A DNA stretch of 64,000 nt from Camelus ferus (GCF_009834535.1 NC_045696.1:81036001-81100000); one strand, 5' to 3'. Shown: positions 1-14,325, counted from the first letter of the stretch. Notes: generated by a model not told the origin, from the sequence alone. A program made the numbers and translations.

Positions 1-432
1 AATAAACACTATGCAGATGTCACTTGTACAACGCAGATTTCTATATTAATTGTATGTTTTATCCAGGCAAAAACATAATCTCTAGTAACTTCACTTCAAA
101 TTCTATTAAAATCTCATGGCCTTGAAAAGGTTACCTGACATCTTGTAGGCCAGATCCAGGGCTGAATAGACATGTCCCCTGCCACTGACTGTACAATAGC
201 CAAACACTCAGATGACACTTGCTGCCCATACAGAGAAACACTGAGGGCTGTGATCCTTCTGGGCCCGCTGGAATTCTCCCGGCTTCAGGGCGCACAGCTG
301 CAGCAGCAAATGCAAAGGCAGAATGTGTGTCTGCAGATGCCCTGGCCCCAGCTCTATCAGCAGTTCTCACTTTTACCTGAACAATCTCCTGATTGTTTGA
401 TGTGCTTTTAAAAGAAACAAGGATGACGATGT

Positions 433-515
433 ACTACTGCTACTGCTGCCACCCCCCCACCCCCCCCACCCGCCCCCACACCACCACCACCACCGCCACT
501 GCAACTACTGCTACT
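433..515. repeat. Low-complexity C-run, (CAC)n and (CTA/CTG)n tract
   Basis: tactactgctactgctgccacccccccacccccccc...accaccaccaccaccgccactgcaactactgctacta. Confidence 0.85.
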
Positions 516-679
516 ATTAAAGGTCCCACTACGTCCCAGGAATTGTTAAGTGCTTTATATGCCATTCCCCACCACCCATTTAATCCTCATAACTGTGAGG
601 CAGATACTATTATTACCTCCCTTTTTCAGATAAAATGTCTATAATATGAAAAAACACAGAGTAATCAAAGTTAGCTCAC

Positions 680-1170
680 AGGTAATGTGACAATAAATTG
701 ACACCATGTAGCTCCTGATGAGATGCACTCAGAAGGAAATAAAACCACTTCTACGGTATTCTTGCTTCAAGTGCATAGTCTGACTTCAGTCAAGATCAGA
801 CAAACCCAAATTGAGAGACATTCTAAAAAATACCTGGGCAGTACTCTTCAAACGTATCAAGGTCATGAAAGACAAAGACGGATTGAAAATCTCTTCCGTG
901 TTAAGGGAAACAAGGCAACTCCATGCAGCATGTGGATCTGGACAGGATTCTGGACCAGAAGAAGAACACTAGTGGGACAACTGGTGAACGTGAGGACTGT
1001 AGATCAGATAATAGTGTTTTGTTAATGTTACTTTCTGATTTTTATCATTTCGCTGCAACATGAAAATGATAACATTTGGGTCAACTAGGTGATGGATATT
1101 CAGGAATTCTTTGTGCTGTTTTTCTCACTTTTAGTTTGCAAGTCAAAAGTTATTTCAAATTAAAAGTTGA
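680..1170 (+). mobile_element. L1MC-like 3' UTR fragment
   Basis: atcagacaaacccaaattgagagacattcta...caaggtcatgaaagacaaag...ggaattctttgtgctgttttt...ttatttcaaattaaaag. Confidence 0.75.
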
Positions 1171-4100
1171 AAAACAGAAAAAAGAAAAAAAAGTTTTAAA
1201 AAAAGCCCACAGTGTATGGCATCCTAGCAGGGATTCTCAGGAAACACAGGAGGTGGTACCAAATAAGGAATGGAAAACGGGGATGTTTCTCCTTCCACAC
1301 CCCTTGTTTGTCCCTGGAGTGGTTCATCCAGAAGATAAATTTCTCTAGTGTAAAATTCTTGTGAATGACAGGCTGTTAGATTTGGAAGGTAGCTTAGAGA
1401 TATTCTTAGGGGGCTTGTTTTGCAGAAGAGACACCTGCAGCTCAGAAAGCCATGGGGATGGTGGGCCTGAGGTCACACAACAGGAGAGCCAAGATTAGTG
1501 CCCAGCTAGTCCTTCTGGGTCATGGGATACTATTTCTGTTCCACCGCTCGTTTCTGAAAGAGGACACCTCTGTGCCAGGTGGAACTTAAGCCCAGAATTC
1601 ATGTTGCTGGGGCCTTAACCATTAGCTGCGTGATTCTTTCCACCCACCCACTAGAGAGTTGCTTCCATAGGCCAGAGAATTATTCATTCATTTAGCATGT
1701 ATTTATTGAGGGCCTCAAGTGCCCAGCACTGCTTGGAAGGATACAGATTCAGCAACCATGAAAAGCAAAGTCCTCAAAATCTAGCCGTAGGGCCTGCTTG
1801 CTCACCCATTCTCCACCACTAATGACTTGCATGACCTCGGGCACATTCCTTTACAGTTTGTTCTTTTGTAACATAGAGAAGATAGAATTACTCAAAGGTT
1901 GTTCCGAGTATTAAATAGGATATCACATCTAAGCTCTTAGCAGAATTGTCTGGCATGTAGGTATTCCATGAAAGTTAAATATTACTGTTAGTTTTTTCTC
2001 TCCAACCTGAGACTTTGTCAATTAGGTTAGTTGGTGAGGATATCTGGGATCACTCAGAAATTCTATAGAATATTCCTAAATGCATCGAAAACTCACATTT
2101 AGGAAGTGAGTTTTTCCAACAGAGTAATTTTCCATTTCTCACTCCATTTCTTTGTTATTTTCAAAGGTAGATAAACAATAAAAAGAAAGGGTAAGAAAGG
2201 CCAGCTGAGAAAATTGGATTCAAATGAGTGTTGTAATATGCAGAATATCTGATAGATTTTATCTAGATTCAAATGAGACTGTTCCTGGAGGCTGGTTGCT
2301 TCTAGCCTCTTCATGGGCAAAATTCAAATGCCACTTTAGCCAACTCTTGATTATTTCTGCAAATGGAAAGAATAATAGATACTGTACATAAAACAAGGTA
2401 AGCAGAACTCACTAGATGCTTAGAGTAAGCTTCTGGTGCCTGCCTGTTGCTATATCCTGAGAATGTGACCACTGATCCTCTGCCCTAGTCCTTGTCACCT
2501 GCCTCCCCAGGATCAGGTCCATCTAGGTACCCACCTTCTTCCCCTCTCCCACCTTCTTCCATAGCACCCAGCATCGTGCCTTGAACATGGGATGAGTTCA
2601 ACAAAGTATATAATATAAACAAATCTATTTTGGGGAGTGAAACCTAGTCAAGCAATCAGAGAATAAAGTCCAATTGTAGTCCAAAAGTTCCTTTAACTCA
2701 CTCAAAATTCTGCCTGTCCCCACAGAGATGGCTGAAATACAAGTGAACAGAAAGTATTTCGATTTTACGCACTTCCTATATAACAGGTTTCAGTGAGTGG
2801 TGGGACATTTAAGGGTATGGCCTTATAATATTCTCCAGGAACAAACTCTTTAGAGAAATGACACTGATAAATGCATTCAGCAGATCTATTTGGCTGTATA
2901 GCTTATATATCTGGGATCAGAATTCATTGGTATTACGGTGTGTATAGCTTCACCTTCCTTGATAAGCAGGGATGAATCTGTATCTTTTAACAGTGCCCCA
3001 GGTGACTCTATGGGGCAGCCAGCGTTGAGAATCAATGCTGTAGATATATTACACACTGAGTATCCATGATAGCAGATCACGGCATTTGTCAAATAACAAT
3101 TTCAAATTTCCAGAGGAAAGAACTGTTGTAGGTCTGCTTGGGTCAGGTAGCCACCTCAATTCCAGTCAAACTGGCCAGGCAGGCAGGATCACACAGTGCA
3201 AATAGGTTTTCTGGGGGTCCCATTCTTAAAGAAAACAGGGGCAGGGTGCCATTGTACATTGGGTAGATACCTAAAAATGTGGTGTGACAAATATACAGAG
3301 ATGTTCCTACTTGTTTTGGAATAATTTAAAGCAATTTACAAAGACCAGAAAAATGCAAATATTTTAAAAAAACATCATTTTTAACAAAGAGATCTAGTGG
3401 ATGAGAAAAGAAGTCGTGAGAGGAATCAGATGAAAAAGAGGAAAAATTGGTGCTCCAAACTATGCCAGGAGGCCCAGCACACTCGACTAGAAGTGAATCC
3501 CAAATTTGGCTGTGAGTTTCCTTGTAGCAAACACAAAGAAAGAAAGGCAGCTGCGTGATTTCCAGCATTCATAAGATAAAACATCCCAGCCACTAGTAAA
3601 AGGGCAGCTTTTCCTAAGCAGAGAACTCGGGAGAGTTTCTCCGTGTGGTTTAGTGAGCCCTATTCTCCATGGTCTTCCTGTAGGAAACAGGCAATGAATC
3701 ATTTTATGACAGTACCCTCCGTATGTCTACATCCCAAGGCCAAGGGTAGAGGGCAGGGCAAGTGTAGGGAGCAGAAAGCAACAGGGTAGCGTGTTTGAGA
3801 ATGGGTCACAACTGGCCGAATAGAGAACAACTTTCTTTTTGAAGTAAAGCTTCATTTTCTTTTTTGAAGAGAAACCTCCTATGTTAAATTTCCCTCAGGC
3901 CTGCTCTGCTCCCCTCCACCCTCCACCCCCACCCTGACCACAAACTCCCTGTTATCAAAGCCGGGTTGTTTACCTAACAAGAGCCTAGCAGTTAACTAGA
4001 CAGAAACCACATTTGGGTTGGCCCCCTGAAAAGAGCTCTGAGGAAGTTCTCTGAGGTTCTCTGTGTCACTGACATTAGTCGGTTCACAGAGGACAGATAG

Positions 4101-7100
4101 CTCGTTTGTGAAATGGGCACATGAAATGAAAAGGAAATGAGAAAAGGAAATAAAGTTCAACAGGCAGGGCACTGCCATTTTGGGTTCACTTTTCAGAAAA
4201 TCTGCCCTATTATTTATCCTCTATCTAAAGCTGTTCCTGAAACAGACTTCATTCTGAATTCCATCTTCTTTAAGCAGGAGAATTTTTATCTCCATGAGTC
4301 GAGTAGGGTCAACAAATTAAAGAGCAAAACAAAATGAAACAACTGTGGCAAAGAATGTCTGTTGTGTGGGCAAACAGCACGAGGATGGGAGAGTCGGCAG
4401 AGGGTAGATTTGGAGATGGTGTAGGTGGCTGTGCACACCCGGCTGCCTCCAGAAACAGGCTCCACGGATGTCTCCTCCGTCCACGGAGAAGGTGGGGGTA
4501 GGGCCCTCCCAGCATGCAGAGAAGGGGGCCGTGGCCTTGGAAGGGGTGTGGGTCTTACAGCTGACAGGCCTGGCTTCTAATCCTGCTCTCTTTTCGTAAG
4601 TCAACCTCCCTCAGCCTCAGTTTTAGCACCTCTGAACTGGAATAATAATTCCTTCCTGTTGAGGTTAGAGATAATGGAACAATGCCAAAGTTCAGAGATC
4701 ACACAGCATGTAAATTAGGATCTGGCAAGTAAACAGGAAGCCGTAAATGAAGGTAGCTTATCCATCCGTCCACCCACCCATCCATTTATGTACTTATTTT
4801 CACTTCTTTTCCCTGCTCTTTGCTAGTTTTGAGTATCAGCTACACAGCCAAGCTAGGAAGAAGAAATGGAGTAGCCATGAGAGATCTCATGGTGAAGAAT
4901 CAGCCTCCTTCTATAGCATCGGGTCCAGAGGACTATTCTGTGCCTCCAGGGAAGTGAATACAGGGGTTCACCGCTTCATATTTCCCAATCGTTTAGATGC
5001 TAAGAGCAGTGGGAAGTGAGCTGACCTTCCCCAGTAAAGGGAGGCTCTCACTGTTTTATTTCTGAATGTTTGCCTTGTGGCCCATGTGCTTGTTCTTAGG
5101 TATCTGTCCGTCCATCTGCCCTAGCCATCCTGAAGCCTGGTTCTAGTCAAATGCTTCACTTCTACAGATGCAGTCCTCTCACTCCCCATCCTTTGGAAAA
5201 AAGAGTTCTAATGTTACTTGTCTCTATACTTTTGAAATGTGCCTCTTTGACCTTCTTCCTTGGATGCTTTTAACCCTTTGTTTATAACATTAATTTCTTT
5301 CTGATTATCAAAGTACTATTTTTTTATTATAAAAATCTGGAAGAAAAAAAAAAAAGACCTCAAAGAGGAAGGAAGCAAGTCTAGTGAATTGCCCCACCTA
5401 GAGCTGTCAGGCCTGCTAACACCTTCCCAGCCTTTCTGAGCCCAGCACACAGGCATTCCCTTTTCCCCCACCAAAAGAATCACATGATAGATATTACAGT
5501 ATGTGCTTTCTTTACACCACAATATATTGTAAGCATTTTCACCGAGCCATTACATATTTTGTGTTATTCTTGTTTGAGTCTCTTTTATGTCCTCAGAACT
5601 ATAATGAGAGCACCAAATTAGGAAGCCAAGAAACCAGGGTCCCTCTTGGCTGGGTGACTCTGGGCAAATTATCCATTCTTCACCCGAATGATCTATGCAC
5701 TGTGTCTCGGCATCAAGGTTTATGATTCCAAGCAAAATAGTAATATTTTCTTTAAAGAAAGTATCCTGGATTTAAAAAACACAGACCCTCTGTAGGGCGC
5801 AGGTTTTCATAAGCTCAACTATGTATGATCTTTGTAAGAGGAAAGATTGATGACTATGAGGAGTCTCCATGCATGCCAGATGTTATTCAGAAATGCTTAA
5901 AATGCTTCAGTGAGGTATGCACCTCTCCCACTGCTGGAGAGACTGGTAGAAGTCTCTCCAGTTGCTGCCTCTGGGGGCCTGCTGAATTTGAATTCTGATA
6001 TCTATCCAACCTCGAGACCTTTATAGATTATTGAGCCAGATTATTCTGGCTGTCGAGGGCGCCTTTCAAGGCTTCTCATTTCACTTTACGTTAGCACTCT
6101 GATGGCCCTCAAAGTCCTCATGGGTGTTACTTGTGGAAAACGTTTCAGAAGCTCCAGAACTTTTGTGTCTTTAATTGAAAAGAAAAAAATCAAGATAGAT
6201 CTTGTGACCAACTGAATGTTCTTTTTACCAGGCAGAGTTTTCACCATTGAACCTACATTTTTTTTGTCATTCCATCAAAACACAAATTCCTACTGTTTTA
6301 AAACCTAATATTTCACAGATTATTTCCACCAGAAATACTCTCCAATATCTATGACTAGATTATAGGTGGTTAAACAGAGGCAAATCAAAACAAATTTAAA
6401 AAGCAGATGAAGTAAACAAGTAGTATTGCCAAGAGAAGATGAGGAAATAAAAGTATATAAAACACACACACACATATATATACTACATATATAATCACCA
6501 TGTTTGCTGAAAACAGTTGACCCATGTCACACTTGTTTCACATAAATGTTTTGGTGGAGTTCAATGCAGAGGATTTGGAATCTAAAGGCTGGCTGGATGT
6601 GTCATCCTGTATGTCACTGAATGTCTCATTTGTAAAGTGGGACAGAAATACCGCCCATGAGAATTCAATGAGAAAGTGAAAGTAAAAACAAAGTCTAAAC
6701 TGTAAAGTCATAGCAAGTGTGAAAAAAAAAAGCAGAATTTCTTGCAGCTCATTAATAGGAAGGCACAAGATTCCAATTCTTCGAACAATTTTACTTTTCT
6801 TAACAGCAGTTCTCAGCAGTGAAGCTTCGGAGTTCACCTTTGGGTTTGGGTTGCTGACTGAGCCAGTCTCAGACCCTAGCTTCTTCCTGGCAGAGACAAC
6901 CCCAAACCTGTTCTTGGACCTCAAGTATGATCTAGTGGGTGGCACAGTGAATTCATGGGCTTGACTTTCTGACCTCAACTTTACCAGCTGCCCTTGCTCA
7001 ACTACGTTACATGTTTAACTTCTTGGTGAGTCATTCTCTAAGATTCCAAACTGGGACAATCAACCTTGACCACCCAGTGGTCAAGAGGAAGTCAGGATGA

Positions 7101-7473
7101 CAGTTGGGGGAGGATGGATTTTATGACCCTGTGAGACACTTCCTTTGGACTGGAGTGGCAGGGAGGGGCAGGACAGTGCAGGCGTGAGTGTGCAGGGTCA
7201 GGCCCAGGGTGCTTTGGCTGGTAGCATCTCTGCCTGGTGTACCTCAGTTTTGTTGTCTGGAAAATGAGTGTGTTTGGCTCTAAATGAGGTTTTTTTCCAG
7301 CTTTATTGAGGCATCATTGACAAGCATAAATGAGTTGATTATAATAATTATCTCTGATGTCTATACAGTGATCAGAATTTATATAAATTATATAAATAAT
7401 AATTCTTGAAAGAATCCTGAGAGGTAGTTTGATAGTTACTAGTCTCCTATATTACAGGTGAAAAACTATGGCC

Positions 7474-7984
7474 TATGATGTTTAATTTTATATGCCAACC
7501 TCACTGGGCTAAGGGATGCCCAGATAACTGGTAAAGCATAATTTCTGGGTGTATTAATAAGCCCGACTTCAGAGGAGATGAGCATTTGAATCAATAGACT
7601 GGGTGAAAAAGATTGCTCTCACCACTGCAGGTGGGTGCCATCCAATCTGTTGAGGGCCTGAATAGAACAGAAGGTGGAGGAAGGGTGAATTCCTTCTCTC
7701 TGCTTGAGCTGAGGCATTCATCTATCCTTGCCCCTGGACATCAGAACTCCTGGTTCTCAGGTGTTGAGATTGAGATGTCAGACTCAGACGGGTTCCCTGT
7801 CCTCAGGACTTCAGACTTCGATTGAATTATACCACTGGCTTTCCACGGTCTCCAGTTTAGGACAGCAGCTCTCAGGACTTCCTGGCCTCCATAATTTTGT
7901 GAGCCAATTCCTATAAAAAAATCTCCTCTCATATCTATCTATCTATATTCTATTGGTTCTGTTCCTCTGGAGAACTCTGATACA
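7474..7984 (+). mobile_element. MLT2-type ERVL solo LTR
   Basis: ttaatttttatatgccaacctcactgggctaagggatgcccagata...ttgagggcctgaatagaaca...tattggttctgttcctctggagaactctga. Confidence 0.88.
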
Positions 7985-8150
7985 AGAGCTGAGAGAGACT
8001 GAGCATTAAAACACTTCAGTAGTGAAAACATTTCAATAGCTCCCTATTGGTTCCATAACTTAGTCTAAACTCCTCAGCATGGTCACTATTCTAACCCCTA
8101 ATCATAACTTCAGCTCCAACTCTATCCAACCACCTGCAGTTTCTCCAAGG

Positions 8151-8319
8151 CAGTGGTTTTCAAAGTGTGGTCCCTGAGCCAGCAGCATCAGCATCACTTC
8201 AGTACTTCTTAGAAGTGAAATTCTTGGGCTCCACCTAGACCCACTGAATCAACACTATAATGTGGCTTTAACAAGCCATCCAGGCGATTCTGAAGCATGC
8301 TCATGCTGGAGAACCACTC
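8151..8319. mobile_element. MER5A (hAT-Charlie)
   Basis: cagtggttttcaaagtgtggtccctg..ccagcagcatcagcatcac...tttaacaagcc.tccagg.gattctga...gagaaccact. Confidence 0.88.
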
Positions 8320-8539
8320 TAAGGCATTCTACTCCTTCTCGCTTACTTCTAGGCCTTTATCCTGTCTTTCCACCTGCCTGGAACACCCTCCAGTCCGATC
8401 TCAAGCTTCAAACTCTGCCCTTCTCCCCACACTGCTCACTACTCATTCATTCCATTCTTGTCTCAGCATCCCTTGAGTTAATTTACTCCTCACTACCCCA
8501 GGTCTAAGAAGTTTTCTTTGGGTTGGTTGCCCACCTAAG

Positions 8540-8755
8540 TGCTCCTAGAGAAACCTGTCCATTCCTCTAAGAAGGAACATTTCCCAGTGCTCAGTATTAA
8601 CATGTCTCTCCCCCTCAGTAAGCTGTAAGCTTCCTGAGATCAAGGAGTGTACTTCATTTATTTCTGTATTCCTAGGGCCTAGTATAGTGGTTGGAACACA
8701 GTCAGTGTCTAATAAAGGTTTGTTGAATGGAGAAATAAATGATTGAATGAATCTA
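8540..8755 (+). mobile_element. L2 3' end
   Basis: ctgtaagcttcctgag..caagga...tctgtattcctagggcctag...aataaaggtttgttgaatg. Confidence 0.75.
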
Positions 8756-9226
8756 ATTAGTCACTGTATGAGACAACTAAATCTTAAATCTGTGCCAGCT
8801 GACCTCAAGCCAGACAGGATTCTGTACAAAAAGTGCCCAGCATGCTGCCTGGGTCATAGTCAGTGATTTACAAATGTCTATTCTTCTCTCCTTTGCTTCC
8901 CTTTTCACTTTTAAAACATTTTGCACAAAAACTCAAATACTGAATAAAGACAACGGTATATTTTGATTGATTGAAGAAAGATAAAGAATGGTTTCCAGCC
9001 ATCTACCTAAAAGTCATGGTTTCCAAGAGCATCACCACGCTCAAAACAGCACTCTGCCATCATCAAAAATAATTCACTGCTGACTTCTTAGAAAAGACTG
9101 ATTTTCCTTCCCCCCCCCATACTTTAGTTTTTGTTTTAAACTTTCTTTAATAAAAATTTAAAATATTTTTGACATTTGAAAGACTAGCACTAGCACCATT
9201 ATCATCCATGAATCTACCACCAGGAA

Positions 9227-9452
9227 CAGGGTTTCTCAGCCATGGCACTAGGACACTTGTGTACAGATAAATTTTTTTTGCTGTTGGGGGCTGTCCTGTG
9301 CACTGTAGGATGCTTAGCAGCATTCCTGGCTTCCACCCACTAGATGCCAATAGCACCACCACCCTGAACTTGTGACAGCCAGAAATGTCTCCAAACATTG
9401 CCAAATATTTCCTGGGAAGTAAAATCATTCCCTTTTCCCATTGAGAATAGCT
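9227..9452. mobile_element. MER20 (hAT-Charlie MITE), opposite orientation to the 28.4-kb copy, inserted in an old L1M fragment
   Basis: cagggtttctcagccatggcact...gggggctgtcctgtgcactgtaggatgcttagcagcat...aaatgtctccaaacattgccaaat. Confidence 0.9.
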
Positions 9453-9908
9453 TCGATCAAACAGCATTTTGCTATATTTGCTTTATTTTACAATTTTTTT
9501 CAAAACCATTTGAAAATAAGTTGCAGATATGCTGGCAGTTCACCTCCCTATACTTTAGCAAGCATCTTCTAAAATTAAGGATCTTGACTTACATAAGTAT
9601 TATACACAGAAGAATATTTGGAAATCTCCAATATTATCTAATACCAAGTCTTCAGCCTACTTGTACAATGTAATATTGGTCTTGAGCCTGGGGAAGGAAG
9701 ATTTATTTCACTGGTTAATTCTGGTCCAATATCTGAAAGACAAATGAATGATTATACAGTTGTCTTTGCTATTACGTTGGGGCAAGGAATTTGATTTCAA
9801 ATGGCTTCTCTTAGTTTCAGTGTGCTGGCCAAGTTTTCATAATAAAACTATAGCACAGTTATATCAAGACACTTGGTAATTTTAAAAAAATGGCAAAAAT
9901 GAGAAAAA

Positions 9909-10082
9909 GGGGAGAAGATATATCTCAGTGGTAGAGTGCATGCTTAGCACGCATGAGGTCCCGGGTTCAATCCCCAGTACCTCCATTAATAGGTTAATTA
10001 ATTAGTTAATTAATTAAAAAAGTAATTGCCTTCCCCCTAAAAATTTTAAAAATAAAAAATAAATAAAAATAAATGAAAAAAA
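9909..10082 (+). mobile_element. tRNA-derived SINE (camelid Vic-1-like)
   Basis: Head has A box (tatctcagtggtagag) and B box (ggttcaatcc), then ccagtacctccatt and an A-rich tail. Near-identical heads at 46239 and 54170. Confidence 0.88.
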
Positions 10083-11029
10083 GGCTTTTTGAAAAATGAA
10101 CCGCGGAGCACACAGATTGGTTGGCTGGGTGATACTTCGATACTTTCAATCCCTGGATAGTTTCATTTTCTCTTTCCATTATTTCCTTCCTGACGTCACT
10201 TTTTTTCTATACAGCTTTGGCAACTGGTACATCATTCTATGGTCAATTCTTATTTGACTCCTCATCTCCTTTGCCCCTCTGTCCTTTACTCACAATTCTT
10301 GGCAAACCTATAGCCTTCAAAGAATTGAGCTGTTCCTTTCCTCTCACTTGCACCAAAGATCTGCAGTTTGCTGCAGAAAACCATCCAGACTGTTGCCACT
10401 CTAAAGCCTGGTCCCCATATTCAGCTGGGCTTCCATAGCCTAGAAATCCTATGATGTCTTCCGGATCTCATCCCCCAATGCCTGCAGTTGCCATTTCACA
10501 GACCTCTGACCTCTGCTCACTCTCATTATAGAGGACTTCACCTCCTACTCCCTGAGTCCAGAGAAGTCATCCGATAGGAGAGCCTTCAACTTCCAGCTGT
10601 GCAACTGACAAACTCACGTGCATTCTCTTTTAGTCTTTCCTCCTTGTTTCCTGTCTTTAGAAAGTTCTTCCTACTTCTGCCTAAGACCCATGCCTTTTGC
10701 TGTGTAGCCTGTCTCTTTGTCCCTTTCCAAGGGCTTGGTCTCCTGATTACTCCTCCTCTCTCCTGTTTCTTTAATCACTCCCTTGCTTCTTGTTTAAACC
10801 CCGGTCTCTCCCAACTGAAAAAGAACTTTTTCTTGATCCCATGAAAGAAATGCTCAGCTGCTAATTTCTTCCATCCTCTTAACAGCCAAATTCTTTGAAG
10901 ATATTTCTGGAGAAAACATTCATAGGGTCATCAGATTCTCACTCCTTTACCTCCAAGAAAACTGAAAACATTTTCTCTGCATCTTTTCCTGAAAAAATTT
11001 ATCTACTCTTATGGCTTCAGTCACCCTCC

Positions 11030-11700
11030 ATGTTCTGCTGACTTCTGACCCCTCTTCTGAGTTTTCCACTTCCTTATTTCCAACTGCACAAGTATCTCAA
11101 ACTCATCAGGTCCCAGGCTAAACTTGTTGCTTTCCCAAACAAACTTCTCAAACAAGCTCCTACTTGCTTCCTATCTCAATAGGTGACCCAAGCACCTCTC
11201 CGTTGCCCAAGGCTAAAATGAGGAGGCCTCCTACTTAGTTCTTGCTCTCACTCTCAGTATCCAATCAATACTCAGGCCACAAGAGTTCCACCTTCTTGAT
11301 GTGTCTTCTTTATACTCACTGTGACCATCCGTGTCCACGTGGCTTGTGTGGCTGCAAGAGCCTCATAATTAACCTCTCTGTCTCCAGGCTTGCTCCTCAC
11401 TAGTCCATCTGCCATGATGCAAATATCATAATCTTTCTAATATGCTAATCTAATTATCACTGACTTAACACCTAGTAATGGTTTGCCATTGTCCTTAAGA
11501 TAAAGTCCAAAGTCTAATTTGTTAATTGTTCCTTTGTTACCTGCCTACCTCTCCAGACTCATCCCCAGCCCTCTGCTCTCAACACCACCCACTCACAGAC
11601 TTAATGCTCCAAACATAGTGATCTTGTTTAAAGGCCTCAAATGAGCCACATAGTCCATCACTTTTCAAGCTTTGCACATACAACTTTCTTTGCCTGCCGA
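11030..11700 (+). mobile_element. L2 LINE fragment
   Basis: ccctcttctgagttt...atttccaactgc...tatctcaaactca...atccaatcaat...ataaagtccaaa. Confidence 0.65.
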
Positions 11701-12189
11701 TTAAAGTCATCCACCATCTTGGAGATGACCAGAGACAGATATCTTTAGAAACTGTTGCATATTCTACACTGTGATAGGCCAAAACCATTATGTTACTAAT
11801 AGAAGTTCCTTATGATTTATATAGTGCTTCATACTTTTTTATCAATAAAGTTTTGGTGTAGGAGCAATATATATTCATCTCAGAAAATTTAGAAAAAGCA
11901 GGTATGTATGTAGTGTGTGTATATACATATAGATATATAGATGTAGATATAATTATAGACAGATGACATTTAAAGAATAGGGTCATTCTGTACATATATG
12001 TGTGTATGTTTAAACCAAACACTTTTCTTTGTGCTGAAAATTTTGGTAAATAATTTAATAGAACATTCAATTATATGCACTTCATAATTAGAACAAAAGC
12101 AAACTGTAAGAAACCACTATGGCTTTATGTGAGAATTGTTTTGACCTCTGAAGAACTTCCTGCAACCTTCCAGTTACTTTAATTTTTTT

Positions 12190-12400
12190 TTTAATTGTGG
12201 TAAAATATACATGGCATGAAATTTACCATTTTAGCCACTTCTAAGTGTACAATTTAGTGGTATTAAGTCTATTCACAATGTTGTGTAGCCATCACTACTA
12301 TCTATTTCACGAACTTTTCATCATCTTAAACAGAAATTCTATACCCTTAAAATAATAACTCCCCACTTCTCCCTTTCCCCAGACTCTGGTAACCTCTGCT
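12190..12400 (-). mobile_element. L1MB-like 3' end fragment
   Basis: ttaattgtggtaaaatatacat..catgaaatttaccatttt...aagtgtacaatttagtggtattaagt. Confidence 0.8.
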
Positions 12401-12699
12401 TGTTGATATTGTTTGTAATTTTTTTTCACTTAATTTTCTAATACCTTTAACTATTCTCCAACATAATTTTTAATGATTGCAAATATTCTCTTGATTACAT
12501 CATAACTTATTTATATGAGCTGCTGTATTTCGATTTTTCGATTAAATCTAATCTTAATTTTTCACTCTCAAAACAACACTTACACTGAACTTTCTTGCCT
12601 TTATCGTTTATTAAGTCATTTTTATCTTCTCAAATCCTGTGAGGATTCAGAACCAGGCATGTTATTGCCACAGCTAAGATGAGGAAATACGACGGCAGG

Positions 12700-12975
12700 G
12701 AAACTACTCTGCGTGATACCATAATGTGCTATTATACATTTGTCCAAATCCATAGAATGTACAACACCAAGAATGAACTGTAACGTTAACCATGGACTTT
12801 GAGGGACTATGATGTGTCAGTGCTGATGCATCGTTTGTAACAGCTGTACCACTCTGAGGGGGGAGGTCAATAACAGGGGAGGCCGTGCATGGGTGAAGGC
12901 AGGAGATACACCGGACATGTCTATAATTTCTCCTCAATTTTTCTGTGAGCCTAAAACTGCTCTAAAAAAAGTCTT
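12700..12975 (+). mobile_element. L1M (MB/MC-like) 3' end fragment
   Basis: gaaactactctg..tgatac...ccatagaatgtacaacaccaagaatgaac...ttttctgtgagcctaaaactgctctaaaa. Confidence 0.8.
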
Positions 12976-13811
12976 AGTTATATAAAATGAGGAAATAGAG
13001 TTCAGAGAGATTCTGCGTTGCCCAATATCTCAAGGCTAGGAGGAGAGAGCTGGACCTGGAATCCAGGACTTGGAAGTGCATGCCATGTTTCTATCCCATC
13101 TCAGACAATCTTGTCATTTCTCAGCTTAGCAGAGATGGCAGTTTGGACTGATGGAGTAGTGAGCACGTGTGGAGGTATGGCCGAACAGAGCTACCAAGCC
13201 TGGGTCGAGTAGGAAGAGTGCAGACTTAAGATAACATAGGCAGGGGAGTTGTGAAATGCTCATGGCCAGCAAGCCACACTGAGATACCACAAGTCAAAGA
13301 AGGGGCAGCAAGCGACAGGGCCATATAAAGCTCTGAAGGCAGCTAGAATGTAAGGGTGGATACTGCCCTGCTCCCTGGTCCCCCAAAAGTCCTCCATGTG
13401 AACAACTTGCCAGCATGGAATTCCCAGCATCTGGAGTACACCCATGTACCGCATGCCAATTTGATCATTAATATAGTAGTAATAATCCTATTTTGTTAAC
13501 TGTTTTGAACAAATCTAATAACACACACATGTAGCCACAATAGGGTAAGGTGGGGTAGTTAAAATTCTAGTCTTGGTTGCCTTTTGGCAAAAGTGATTTT
13601 ACCTCGGTGGGAAACACTGGTATTTAAAGCAGATTGTCTTTGCCCTTCAAACAACATTTGTTATTACTTTCCAAATACAATTTATTCTGTGAAAAAAGTT
13701 AAAACATTAGGTCCCCAGGGGAAAAATAACAAGGGATTCTTCAGAGCAAATAGTTTCTAACTTTTCAACCAGTTAATGCTGACTTTCAGCCATTTTTCAT
13801 TTACATAATTT

Positions 13812-14325
13812 TGCTTAATTTGGGTATCCCTGAAATCAAAGACTGGGATGAAGTCATGTGAGCAGGGAGCTTATGTGTGAGGTGATCCCAGGAAGAAGAG
13901 ATGTGGGAGTTGGGACGTGAAATAGGGAAAGAAGAAATGCCAATTAAGTGCTTGTTAAGAAGTGGGTTTCTGCTGTGAGCAACTATGGCTCACTACTACT
14001 AGGTGTTTCTAAGGACAGAGTAGACCACGCCCCGGAATTGTCCCATCAAGGCTTGCGAGGCCGGGGAGTTTGTCCATCAACTTCCAGCCCTACTGACTGG
14101 AGGCTGCATCCTCTGACTCTCTCCTTCCTCTGCAATTCTGGGCTCTGGGATCTGACTCAGCAGCCTTCTGTGGCTGTGGAGAAAGCTCCGAGGCTCAAAA
14201 CAGACCCTGCAGGGCACATGCACTCAAGGGAAGCACAGGAAGTACGTACGTGTAACTGGCCAGTGCAGTTGCCCTGAAGTCAGTGGGCTGAGAATATGTG
14301 GTTCAGACACCACCAGTATCTATAC
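13812..14325 (-). mobile_element. LTR16-like ERVL LTR
   Basis: gaggtgatcccaggaag...gaaatgccaat...tgctgtgagcaact..ggctca...tttgtccatcaacttcc...ggaggctgc. Confidence 0.65.

Noticed and set aside
6538..6978. 146-aa ORF (also 154 aa at 52610-53074 and 133 aa at 45912-46313)
   Set aside because: Non-ATG or repeat-derived starts, no domain similarity I can recognise, and no splice context. Lengths are within chance expectation.
14203..14214. GACCCTGCAGGG (DPAG) resembling the start of TNIK exon 2; similar sequence near 56572
   Set aside because: Neither continues as IFELVELVGNG or has a polypyrimidine acceptor. The first also lies upstream of exon 1 inside an LTR.
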